Shown here: positions 1-9,187 of the stretch, piece after piece | Position numbering within the stretch: the first letter of the stretch is position 1 | How the letters are laid out: every line of letters starts with the position of its first letter | From: Mycoplasma mobile 163K | GTDB taxonomy: Bacteria; Bacillota_I; Bacilli_A; Mycoplasmatales; Metamycoplasmataceae | Reading direction: 5' to 3' | Assembly (NCBI RefSeq): GCF_000008365.1 | Contig: NC_006908.1 | Coordinates: 660,001 to 692,000 of the forward strand | DNA: 32,000 bases | Notes under the pieces: generated by a model | Database searches by the model: none | What the model saw: the letters and a program-made list of their open reading frames with translations, nothing else | What the model was told of the DNA's origin: nothing | Position numbers and translations under genes: made by a program

Positions 1-585
1 ATAAAAAGATTTTTTAGTTGCAATTGAATTTACTAGGGGAATTTGTTTATTGATATTATTTGTAATTAAAAATAAAATTGAATTTTCTAAAAATTCTGAA
101 TTTGCATTAAAAATTTGCAATCAATAGTTTCTATAATTCTTATTTGGTCTTGAAAAATAAAAGCAAAGAGACACTTTAATATTGTTTAAACTATTTTGAA
201 TCAAAGAAAGAGGCTTACCTTTATTTTCTTCAAAAAGATAAACATCTAAATCATTTTCTAAAAATACTTGATTCATGATTTCTATAAATGTCCTTAATTC
301 TTCACTACCATCATGAGAAATCAAAATTTTAGCCTTTAGACCTTTATCAATTTTACTTTCTCTAAGAAATTCAGCAAATGAATTGGAAATTAATTTAATA
401 GTGATTGGATTAAAAGAATTGTAGCCAACATCTATTCTTCCTTTGATTTTTCTATCATCAATTAAAAAAGAATGAAAAAAAGTTTCATCTTCTTCAATGT
501 TTGCAATTTCATTTAATTTATTAGTATAAAATTTATCACCAATAAAATATTTTTTTCATTCTTGAAAAATTTCCAATTTATTCAT
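1..585 (-). CDS. alpha-phosphohexomutase (phosphoglucomutase/phosphomannomutase) family protein, N-terminal part; the gene runs off the left edge; non-canonical catalytic loop
   Basis: ATG at 585-583 lies 6 nt downstream of the rsmI stop. The frame stays open to position 1 once TGA at 558-556 and 123-121 are read as Trp. The N-terminal layout aligns by eye with Bacillus PgcA-type enzymes: KILISHDGSEE vs VVIAYDSRHKS, and CFYFSRPNKNYRNYW in the place of VVTASHNPPEYNGYK. Confidence 0.55.
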
Positions 586-590
586 AAATC

Positions 591-1295
591 CTATTTTACC
601 AAATCTTTATTTAAAGCAAAATTTTTGAATTCAAAAGCTATTGTATATTCGCCTTTAATTGAATCTTTTTTTTCAAAAATTTTATAAATTTCACTTACAT
701 TTCCAAAAAAGTGTTCTTCAAATTTTTTTGTCAATTCTTTTCCTACAAAAATTTGAAGAAAATTTCCGAATACAAATTCTAGATCTTTTAAAACGCTCAT
801 TAATTTGTGTGGAGATACAAAAGCAACATAAGATCCAGGAATTAATTTTTTTAAATGATTTTGCCTTTGAATTGTTTTATCTTTAAAAAAACCTAAAAAA
901 GTAAAATGTGTATCAAATCCACTTAAAACAGCTGTACTTGTAATTGCAGATACCCCAGGAATAAGTTCGTATTTAATATTGTTTTCTCTAACTAATTTCA
1001 AAACTCTAAATCCTGGATCGCTTAAAATTGGCATTCCTGCATCTGAAATTAGAGCTACGGATTTATTTTCATTTTGAATCAGACTAATAATTCCTTTTGC
1101 CGAATTTATTTCGTTCTTGTCATGATAAGAAATAAGTTTTTTACCAATTATTTCAAAATAATTAAGCAATTTTTGACTTTCTCTTGTATCTTCGCAAGCA
1201 ATAACATCGACTTCTTTTAAAATTCTTAAAGCTCTTAAAGTAATATCTTCAAGATTGCCAATTGGTGTTCCTACTATAAAAAATTTAGTTTCCAT
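591..1295 (-). CDS. rsmI: 16S rRNA (cytidine1402-2'-O)-methyltransferase RsmI
   Basis: Intact ORF ending in TAG at 593-591. The N-terminus METKFFIVGTPIGNLEDITLRALRILKEVDVIACEDTR is the RsmI (tetrapyrrole-methylase fold) signature. ATG at 1295-1293 is preferred over the GTG at 1304 used by the ORF track. Confidence 0.9.
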   Translation of the reverse strand: METKFFIVGTPIGNLEDITLRALRILKEVDVIACEDTRESQKLLNYFEIIGKKLISYHDKNEINSAKGIISLIQNENKSVALISDAGMPILSDPGFRVLKLVRENNIKYELIPGVSAITSTAVLSGFDTHFTFLGFFKDKTIQRQNHLKKLIPGSYVAFVSPHKLMSVLKDLEFVFGNFLQIFVGKELTKKFEEHFFGNVSEIYKIFEKKDSIKGEYTIAFEFKNFALNKDLVK

Positions 1296-2244
1296 ATAAC
1301 TCACTTACTTTCAATAAAAAAAATTGCTTTTGAATTTTAAAATTTGTATTGATTTCTAATTTCGATAAGAATTCTTCAATAAAATAATAAATTGGATAAA
1401 ATTGTACTTTTATTTCTTGATATTTTTGAACTAATTCGTAAAATGGTAAAAAAGCTATTTTATCTTTGCCATGACTTGCAAAAACATCTTCAAAAAAAAT
1501 TCTAATTACTTGAAGGACAAAATAATAATTTTCCACATCCAACACTTCTTCTAAAAAATTGATTAAAGAGTATTTATTTATTAAAGATTTATCTAAATTT
1601 TTGAGAGTTTTTTTTACAAGTTCAAAATACTTTTTAGAATTGTATTTATTAGCATCTTCTCAATTATCAAAAACTCTTGCATAAAATTTTATTACATATT
1701 TTTCCAAATCATTTTCTAGAAACAATTCTTCAATTGCTAATTGGTTCATTCTCTTTACATCAAAAACTTGACTTCTACTCACTATAGTAGAAATAACTTT
1801 TTTAATATTATTTGTTCCCATCACAATAAAAGTATCTTTAGGGGGATTCTCAATGTATTTTAAAAGTGAATTTAGTGATGAAGAATTACCTTTTTCAATA
1901 TTTGCAATGTACAAAATTTTAGGACTATTGCTTTCAAAAGATGTTTTTAAAAATAATTGAATAGCATCTAGCACTTGAGTTTTTTTAATGGTATCATTAA
2001 TAGGTTTTAGTTCCAGAAAATCAAAATACTTTCCTTCTTTAAGGTAATTTAAATCATATAAATTCCCTTTATACAATTCAATTATTTTTAAAATTAAATA
2101 ATATGCAGAATTATCAATTGAAGTATTTTTATCTGCTTTTAATAAAAATGAATGTGTAATTTTTTTGTTTTGAAAAGCAGTATCAACACTTTGTTTGAAA
2201 ACTCTATTTGCCTTTTCTAAAAAATTCAAGAAATCTATTTTCAT
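1285..2244 (-). CDS. holB: DNA polymerase III delta' subunit (clamp-loader, HolB-like)
   Basis: ORFs 1660-2244 and 1285-1545 are in the same frame and join through TGA (Trp) at 1662-1660 with no TAA/TAG between them, giving about 319 aa. It has an AAA+ clamp-loader layout without a canonical Walker A and an SRC-like IVSRSQVF motif. The holB...rsmI neighbourhood matches Firmicutes. The 3' end overlaps the rsmI start. Confidence 0.75.
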
Positions 2245-2275
2245 AAATTAATTATATTTACATTAAGAATAAATC

Positions 2276-3619
2276 TTAAAATAAATTGCCTAGAGATCCA
2301 GGATTCAATGTTCCATCTTTCATTGATTTAGAAATTTGTTTCATTTTTTTAGACATTTGATCAAATTCAGAAACAAGTAAATTATATTCTTGAACACTTC
2401 TCCCTGATCCTTTAATTACTCTTTGTTTTCTAGATTGATTTTTTAGTAATCTTGGATCTTTTCTCTCTGAAATTGTCATAGAAGAAATTAAAATTTCAAA
2501 TACTTTGATTTTATCTTCTGCTTTATCAATTTTTTCCGGGTCAATCTTATTTGCGCCAGGAATCATTTTTAATAATTTAGACATTTTTCCTAGTTTTTTA
2601 ATTTGTCTTAAATTTTCTAGTAAATCATCTAAATCAAAGTGCCCAGACATAAATCTAGAAAACATTTTTTTAGATTTTTTTTCATCAATGACATCTTGAG
2701 CTTTCTCAATTAAAGATAAAACATCACCCATTCCTAAAATTCTATCAGCCATACGATCTGGATGAAATAAATCTAAATTAGTAACTTTTTCACCAGTACC
2801 AATAAAAAGAATTGGAATGTTTAGCATTTTTGTTATGCTTAAAGCAGCTCCTCCACGAGCATCGGAATCTAATTTAGTAATTATTGAACCTGTTAATTTC
2901 AATTTTTCATCAAAAGTTTTTGCAACATTAAAAATATCTTGTCCACTTAAAGCATCTGATACAAAAATAATTTCTTGTGGTTTTGCAATTTCCTTTATTT
3001 CGATCAATTCATTCATTAATTTTTCATCAATTGATAATCTTCCTGCTGTATCAATTAAAACTAAATCATAATACTCATTTTTTGCTTTATCAATTGCTTC
3101 TTTTACAGTTTGTTGAGGTTTTATGTCAACTGAATTTTTGTAAATGTCAACTCCTACCATTTTAGATAAGGTGTCTAATTGATCAATTGCAGCAGGTCTA
3201 TAAATATCTCCTGCTACAATCAAAATTTTTTCAATTTTCTTTTTGTTTTTATAAAAATGAGCTATTTTTGCAATTGTAGTAGTTTTCCCTCCACCTTGTA
3301 AACCAGCAATCATAAAAATAGTGGGTTTTTTTGAAATATTTATTTCCTTTGTTTTATTTCCAAAAATTTTGACTAATTCTTCTTTTACAATTTTTATTAC
3401 TTGTTGTCCTGGATTTAATTTACCTATTAATTCTGTTCCAATTGTTTGATCTTTAATATTTTGAATAAATTCTTTTACGACAATTAAATTAACATCAGCT
3501 TCTAATAAAGCTAATTTAATTTCTCTAGTAATTTCTAAAATGTCTTCTTCTTTTAAAATTGTCTTTGCAGACATTTTTTCAAGTGATTTTTGCATTCTTT
3601 TTGATAAATTATTAAACAT
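2276..3619 (-). CDS. ffh: signal recognition particle protein Ffh
   Basis: 447-aa intact ORF. SRP-GTPase motifs AGLQGGGKTTT, DTAGR and TKLD are present, with a Met/Lys-rich C-terminal M domain (KLGKMSKLLKMIPG). Confidence 0.95.
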   Translation of the reverse strand: MFNNLSKRMQKSLEKMSAKTILKEEDILEITREIKLALLEADVNLIVVKEFIQNIKDQTIGTELIGKLNPGQQVIKIVKEELVKIFGNKTKEINISKKPTIFMIAGLQGGGKTTTIAKIAHFYKNKKKIEKILIVAGDIYRPAAIDQLDTLSKMVGVDIYKNSVDIKPQQTVKEAIDKAKNEYYDLVLIDTAGRLSIDEKLMNELIEIKEIAKPQEIIFVSDALSGQDIFNVAKTFDEKLKLTGSIITKLDSDARGGAALSITKMLNIPILFIGTGEKVTNLDLFHPDRMADRILGMGDVLSLIEKAQDVIDEKKSKKMFSRFMSGHFDLDDLLENLRQIKKLGKMSKLLKMIPGANKIDPEKIDKAEDKIKVFEILISSMTISERKDPRLLKNQSRKQRVIKGSGRSVQEYNLLVSEFDQMSKKMKQISKSMKDGTLNPGSLGNLF

Positions 3620-3701
3620 ATTTTAATTATATAAGAACTTTATAAATATTTCCTATTTAGACTTTATAAAAAATATGTAAATCTTAACTTATAATTTCTA
3701 T

Positions 3702-4661
3702 ATGGACAAATTCAATTTAGAAAAAATAATTTTTTTAAAACCCTATTTTGAAGAAAAAATTTGAGGTGGAAATTACTTAAAAAATAGATTTTTATTAAAT
3801 GATGATTCTAAAAAAATTGGAGAAGCTTGACTTATTTCAGGAATTGAAGGTAAGGAAAATAAAATTTTAAATGATTCTACATATGACTTAAGAACATTAT
3901 GAGAACAAAAAAATTATTTATTCAATAATCAAAAGAAAAAGTACTCCAAATTTCCGTTATTGTTGAAAATTCTAGCTCCTGAAGATGATCTAAGTGTGCA
4001 AGTACACCCTGATAATGAATATGCAAAGAAATTTGATTCTTATGGAAAAAATGAAAGTTGATATATTGAAGAAATATTAACTAAAAAAGCAAACCAAGTA
4101 ATTCTTGGTCACAAAGCCAAAAATTACAAAGATGCAAAAAACTTAATCGATAGCAAAAAATGAGATGAATTTTTTAACTATGTAAAAATTGAAAAGGGTG
4201 ATGTAATTGATGTTTTTCCAGGTTTAGTACATGCTTTACTAAAAAATATTGTAACATTTGAACTACAACAAGCGAGCGAGCTAACATTTAGGCTTTTTGA
4301 TTATAAAAGAAAAGACAAAGATGGCATTGAAAGAGATTTGCATATTCAAGAGTCTTTAGACAATATTGAATTTAGTAAAAAGTTTGAAATCAAAAATTTT
4401 GCCAATCTAAAAGAAAAAAATAATATTTGCAAAATGGTTGATAATGAATTTTACACTTTTATTAAATTAGATTTAGAAGGGGAATTTACATTTCCTAAAA
4501 ATTTAATGGAAAAAGATTTTTTAATATTTTTTATTAATGAAGGTTTTGGAAAAATTAATGAAATTGAAATTAAAAAAAATGATAGTTTTATTATTCCATC
4601 AACAGTTAAAAAAATTAAAATGGAAGGACTTGCAAAAATTTTTATTGCTTTTAACAATTAA
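3702..4661 (+). CDS. manA: mannose-6-phosphate isomerase, class I (Bacillus Pmi type, cupin)
   Basis: ATG at 3702 is in the same frame as track ORF 4338-4661, and several in-frame TGA read as Trp. The product (MDKFNLEKIIFLKPYFEEKIWGG...LSVQVHPDNEYAKK...GLVHAL) carries the zinc-ligand QVHPD / HA motifs of type-I PMI. Confidence 0.8.
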
Positions 4662-4672
4662 AATGCAAAATT

Positions 4673-5827
4673 TTATTCTTCATCTATTGCATTTATTTCC
4701 TCTAATAAAATAGGATCTTTATCAATTAATTTTTTAAATTTATCTTGTTTTTTCTCTAAAGTCGGATAATGAGATTCCATAGCAATCCCAAAATCTTTTT
4801 GAACAGCCAAAAGTTTTTTTGTAAATTTGTCTAAAGTCTCAAAAGTTGAAAGAACATGTTTGTATAAATTTGCTCCTTTTTCCATTTGAGTTGCAAAACT
4901 TAATAAGTTATCTAAATTTCAAGCAAATTGAATAAAAGTAGAAGGAGATAGAATATGTACTTTATGTTTTTCGATTGCATTTTTAATAACATCTGGATAT
5001 TCTTGATATAGTTTTAAATAAATTAAATCATTATGAATAACTAACATTCCATATGATTCTGTATAAGTTTTGTTTAAATATAGAGAAGAGATTTTTTTAA
5101 CTTGTGTTTCTAGAGAACTTATTCAATTCTTATCAAGAAAAATTTCATTTTCAATAATTGAAGGTTCCAAAACTTTTGAATCAATAGGAATTCATTTATT
5201 GGCATTTGTTGATCTTAAAGCAAATTCAACAACATTTTTTTCATTTTGGCCATTATCTTTAATTTTATTAGAAACATTTAGATTAGAAATTCAATTATCT
5301 TTATTTAATCCTGATTGAATTAAAATTTGTTCTAATTGCAATTCCCCTAATTCACCCTTACCTTTATTTCAAGATCCAAAAAATGTTTCTTGAATTTTTT
5401 CAAGAGGAACTAATTTATGAGAAATTTCTCTTCTTCAATTTTCAGTTTCATTTTCATGATTGATAATTTTTGACCTAAGATTTTCAATTTCCAAATTCTT
5501 TTTTTCTAGTTCTAATTGTTTGTTAGTTTTTTGTTCTTCTAAATTTTTTTGACTAGCTTCAAGATATTTTAAATTTTCTTGGTTTTTTATTAGCTGATTT
5601 TTTCAATCACTTGCATTTAATTTTTCGTTTTCTATTTGTTTAACAAGAGATTCATTTGAATTATTAAGAACTGCTAATTTTTTTTCTAGTTCAATTCTTA
5701 GAGTTTCTAATTCTTGATTTCTAGTCATCAAATTAGGATCTGCATTTTCACTAAGTGATTGTTTAAAATAGTTTTCGAATTTCTCTCAAGACATAAAAAG
5801 TCTTTTAAATCATGATATTTTTTTCAT
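4673..5827 (-). CDS. rmuC: DNA recombination protein RmuC family
   Basis: ATG at 5827-5825 is preceded by AAGGAG (complement of 5839-5831). I checked codon by codon that 4673-5827 has no TAA/TAG; only TGA interrupts it. About 384 aa: a long N-terminal coiled coil, then an RmuC-type nuclease-like core (VVEFALRSTNANKWIPIDSKV resembles the PDxxxxLP...xIDAK block). Confidence 0.75.
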
Positions 5828-5894
5828 TAATATCTCCTTATTTTTTCTATGCTTAAAGTCTTCTAATTATAGCATTTTAATTTATGATAAATTT

Positions 5895-5923
5895 TTGAGA
5901 CTTTTAAATTTTAATGTTATAAT
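5895..5923 (+). promoter_or_regulatory. near-consensus sigma70-type promoter (TTGAGA - 17 nt - TATAAT)
   Basis: TTGAGA at 5895-5900, an exactly 17-nt spacer, and TATAAT at 5918-5923. It lies in the rmuC / dCMP-deaminase divergent intergenic region and points rightwards. Confidence 0.45.
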
Positions 5924-5929
5924 AATATT

Positions 5930-6050
5930 GATCAGTTGAATTTCAATTAGATTATCAATTATTGAAAAATAATTATAATGTCTCTATAAGTTATGAAAAT
6001 AACCTCCTCTCTTATTAATAACTAAAAATGACTTTGAGGGGTCATTTTTT
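5930..6050 (+). ncRNA. candidate small RNA or terminator-type 5' leader (promoter-to-terminator unit without a credible ORF)
   Basis: Bounded by the promoter at 5895-5923 and a hairpin plus T-run at 6024-6050. It contains only 3- and 10-codon ATG ORFs with no SD. A CCTCCTCTC tract sits at 6003-6011. Confidence 0.3.
6024..6050 (+). terminator. rho-independent terminator-like hairpin with no upstream ORF to terminate
   Basis: AAAAATGAC (6024-6032), loop TTTGAGGG, then GTCATTTTT (6041-6049) followed by a T-run. It sits 35 nt upstream of the dCMP deaminase ATG. Confidence 0.5.
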
Positions 6051-6084
6051 ATTTCTTTATTTAATTAAAATGTAAAATTATTTT

Positions 6085-6549
6085 ATGGAAAATAAAGTTT
6101 TAGATTGACATTCATATTTTATGGCTCTTTCAAAAGTTAGTGCATTAAGAAGTAAGGACCCAAATACAAAAGTGGGTGCTTGTATAGTAGATGACAATAA
6201 AAGGGTTGTTTCTCTTGGTTATAATGGTATGCCACGTGGTGATGATAAAAATTTTTCTTGAAAAAGAGATAATGAAAAAGCAGCAGACAATAAATATGCT
6301 TATGTTATTCATGCTGAAATTAATGCAATTTTGAACGCAAACAAACAAATAGATTCTAAATGCGTTTTATATGTTAGTTTGTTCCCGTGTTCAAATTGTG
6401 CAAAAATTATTGCACAAGTTGGAATTAATCAACTTTATTATGAAGAAGATAAATACAATGGAACTGAAGATGATATTATTAGCAAAAAAATTCTTGATTC
6501 TTTAGAAGTAAAATACAAAAAAATTCCAAAAGTAAGTTTTAGTATTTAA
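6085..6549 (+). CDS. comEB: dCMP deaminase (ComEB-type cytidine/deoxycytidylate deaminase)
   Basis: ATG at 6085 is in the same frame as track ORF 6331-6549, and two in-frame TGA read as Trp. Zinc motifs HAEINAI and PCSNCAKII are present, along with SLGYNGMPRG. Confidence 0.9.
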
Positions 6550-7100
6550 AAAACAAATTCTTTGCCTATTTCAAAATCTGATTTAATTAATTCATCACTA
6601 TTTTTTAAATTTAAACTTTTATAAGAAAGGATCATTCCTTCACTTTCGATATTGACTACTTTAGAATTTGAAATTTTCAATCCATTTGGTAAGTATGAAT
6701 TGGAAGTAGCAAAAACTAATTTTTCACCTTGTTTTAAATCAATCCTGTTAGTAACAATTTTATAATTTTTGTTTGATTTAATATTTATAATTATTAATTT
6801 ATCACTATTTGGATGTTTTTCAATTTTTTCAATGAATCCTACAAGGTAAAAAGGTTGAAAAATAAAATCTTTAAAAATTTCTGGGAATTCTTCTAGAAGA
6901 ATATTTTTTTCTTTAAATGCTAAAATTGAAAAACCTTCTTTTAAATAAGAAAATTTATCAAAATCAAAAATATTTAAAGCTACAAGTTTTTCCTTAGAAT
7001 AAATAAAACAAAAATTTTTACTTTGTTTTATTCTTAAGTCTTCTTCCAAATTATTGAAATTTATGTAAAAATTGTTGCTTTGCTTAAAAATTAATGCCAT
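6546..7100 (-). CDS. tRNA-binding domain protein (YtpR/CsaA/PheT-B2-like OB fold)
   Basis: 184-aa intact ORF. The C-terminal half (VGFIEKIEKHPNSDKLIIINI...VVNIESEGMILS) matches the EMAP/CsaA-type tRNA-binding OB-fold pattern (HPNADKL...S.GM). Confidence 0.75.
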   Translation of the reverse strand: MALIFKQSNNFYINFNNLEEDLRIKQSKNFCFIYSKEKLVALNIFDFDKFSYLKEGFSILAFKEKNILLEEFPEIFKDFIFQPFYLVGFIEKIEKHPNSDKLIIINIKSNKNYKIVTNRIDLKQGEKLVFATSNSYLPNGLKISNSKVVNIESEGMILSYKSLNLKNSDELIKSDFEIGKEFVF

Positions 7101-7151
7101 ATTATTAAAATTATAATCAAGAATTAGTTTTTATATATAATTATTATCATA

Positions 7152-8030
7152 ATGAAACATGCAATAGTAGTAGATTCTTCAAGTGGACTAACAAAAGAAG
7201 AAGCAGAAAAAAAAGGGTGATTTTTTTTACCTTTAATCATTGATATAGATGATAAAACTTATTTAGATGGAATTGAAATTAATTCAGAAAATTTATATCA
7301 ATTTTGAAAAAGTAATTCAGTTATAAAAACTGGAACAACTCCACCAAAATATTCTTTAGAATTATTTGAAAAATTATCTAATGAATATGATGCTGTTATT
7401 GTTTATCCGCTATCTTCTGAATTAAGTAGTCAATACAATAATTTACTTGTAATGAGCAAAAATTTAAAAAATGTTTCTATAATTCATTCTTATGGAGTGG
7501 CTCAATTAATTCCATATGAATTAGAGCAATTAGAAAATAAATTAAAAAGTGGTGAAATTACAGTTCAACAAGGAATTGCTTTACTTGAAGGTAAAAAAGA
7601 TTCAACTCTTCATTTGATTCCAGAAAATTTAACTGCTTTAGTTAAAGGTGGGAGAGTTTCTCCTGCAATTGCTAAACTAGCTAAATTATTAAATATTGTT
7701 CCTATTATTGAAGTTAGAGAAGGTAAATTAGAAAAAGCTGGAAAAGGAAGACATTTTAGAAAAAGTATTACTAAATTAGCTGAAAAGAGATTTGAAGAAA
7801 TTTCAAAAGAGGATCTTAGTTTATATGATGTTGTGCTTTTACATTCTAAAAATGATGATGTAAAAGAAATTGCTAGTGAAATTGAATCTATAGTTAATAA
7901 AAAAATAACTATTAAACTTATTCCTTCAGTAGTTGCAATTCATACTGGTAAAAAAGCAATTGGTCTTTGTTTTTTTAAAAAAACAAATTTTGATCTAGTA
8001 ACTCAATATTTAAAAACTAATAAAAAATAA
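7152..8030 (+). CDS. degV: DegV family fatty-acid-binding protein
   Basis: ATG at 7152 is in the same frame as track ORF 7452-8030, and two in-frame TGA read as Trp. The N-terminus MKHAIVVDSSSGL and the overall length of about 292 aa are typical of DegV. Confidence 0.85.
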
Positions 8031-8056
8031 AAGAGCAAAAGCTCTTTTATTTTTTA
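8029..8056 (+). terminator. rho-independent terminator after degV
   Basis: AAAAGAGC (8029-8036), loop AAAA, GCTCTTTT (8041-8048), then a T-rich run. It overlaps the TAA stop. Confidence 0.7.
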
Positions 8057-8076
8057 TTTTTTAAAAATTTTAAAAT

Positions 8077-8105
8077 TTGTTAAAATTAAAAAAGCAATAT
8101 ATTAA
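8077..8105 (+). promoter_or_regulatory. candidate promoter of the rplJ-rplL operon (TTGTTA - 17 nt - TATTAA)
   Basis: TTGTTA at 8077-8082, a 17-nt spacer, and TATTAA at 8100-8105. This would give an untranslated leader of about 80 nt before the GTG start at 8193. Confidence 0.3.
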
Positions 8106-8192
8106 GACAATAACTGTTTAGAAATAAACTTAATCTGTTATCGAGTATATTATGTTGTATTCATATATTGACTAAAAATATAAGGAGGAAAT

Positions 8193-8696
8193 GTGACAGA
8201 AAATCGTAAGAAAAAAGTAGCGACAGTTAAAACTATTTCGAAACTTATTAAAAATTCAGCTGGTCTTATTGTTTTTGAATATCAAGGATTAAGCGCTTCT
8301 GAACTTGAATCAGTAAGAAATGATTTAAAAAATCACCTTGCAAATACAATGGTTTTTAAAAATCGTTTTGTTAAATTAGCTATAGATAAAGCTGGGTTTA
8401 AGGAATTAGACTCTTATTTATTTGGACCAAATATTTTTGTATTTTTTGATGAAGAGCACAAAAATGCTACTATTAAAAAAATAGCTGAAATTGAAAAGAA
8501 AAATAAATTTGTTAAAATTAAAGCTGGAATCTATGAAGAAAAAGTTGTCTCAGATGCTGAAGTTAGAGTAATTGCTACTCTTCCAACATATGAAGAAGCT
8601 TTAACAATTTTAGCAAGATCAATGTTAGCACCTTTACAACAAGTAAGTCTTGGGCTAAAAATGCTAGTTGATGAAAAACACATAAAAGCTGAATAA
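8193..8696 (+). CDS. rplJ: 50S ribosomal protein L10
   Basis: 167-aa ORF with a GTG start preceded by a strong SD, TAAGGAGGAAAT. L10-like sequence ([23 protein letters not shown]), directly upstream of rplL. Confidence 0.95.
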   Translation: MTENRKKKVATVKTISKLIKNSAGLIVFEYQGLSASELESVRNDLKNHLANTMVFKNRFVKLAIDKAGFKELDSYLFGPNIFVFFDEEHKNATIKKIAEIEKKNKFVKIKAGIYEEKVVSDAEVRVIATLPTYEEALTILARSMLAPLQQVSLGLKMLVDEKHIKAE

Positions 8697-8733
8697 GCTT
8701 AACATAAATAATAAATATAAAAGAGGAAAAAAT

Positions 8734-9108
8734 ATGGCAAAACTAACAAAAGAAAGTTTTATTCAATCATTAAAAGAAATGAACATTAAAGAAGTTATGG
8801 AACTTGTAAATGCAATGAAAGAAGAATTTGGTATTGATCCTTCTGCTGTTGTTGTTGCAGGTGGAGCTGCTGGTGGAGCAGAAGTTGCTGAAAAAACAGA
8901 AGTTACTATAACTTTAAAAAATGCTGGAGGAAATAAAGTTCCAGTTATTAAAAAAGTACGTGAAATTAGCCCAGAACTTTCATTAATGGATGCTAAAAAA
9001 TTAGTTGATAGTGCTCCTGCAAAATTAAAAGATAATGTTAAACCAGAAGAAGCTGAAGAAATTAAAGCCGCTTTTGCAGCATTAGGTGCAGAAATTTCAA
9101 TTGATTAA
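8734..9108 (+). CDS. rplL: 50S ribosomal protein L7/L12
   Basis: 124 aa. It has the Ala/Gly hinge ([14 protein letters not shown]) and the conserved C-terminal domain ([11 protein letters not shown]...[12 protein letters not shown]). SD AAGAGGAAAAAAT lies upstream. Confidence 0.97.
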   Translation: MAKLTKESFIQSLKEMNIKEVMELVNAMKEEFGIDPSAVVVAGGAAGGAEVAEKTEVTITLKNAGGNKVPVIKKVREISPELSLMDAKKLVDSAPAKLKDNVKPEEAEEIKAAFAALGAEISID

Positions 9109-9120
9109 TTTCAAAAATTT

Positions 9121-9146
9121 AAATTGCCTTTTTATAGGCAATTTTT
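9121..9146 (+). terminator. rho-independent terminator after rplL
   Basis: AAATTGCCT (9121-9129), loop TTTTAT, AGGCAATTT (9136-9144), then a T-run. Confidence 0.75.
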
Positions 9147-9187
9147 ATTTTTATTTGTAAAATACTAATAGTAAGAAAAGAGGAAAC

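Noticed and set aside
3620-3701. SRP RNA (ffs) or another structured RNA next to ffh.
   Set aside because: The ffh-manA intergenic region is AT-only promoter-like sequence. No GC-rich domain-IV-like helix (GGAAGCAGCC-type) occurs here or anywhere in the window.
8191-8220. ATG at 8191 overlapping the rplJ GTG start (ATGTGA...) as the real start or a regulatory upstream ORF.
   Set aside because: That frame reads MWQKIVRKK and hits TAG after 9 codons. The GTG frame gives canonical L10 and is correctly spaced from the SD.
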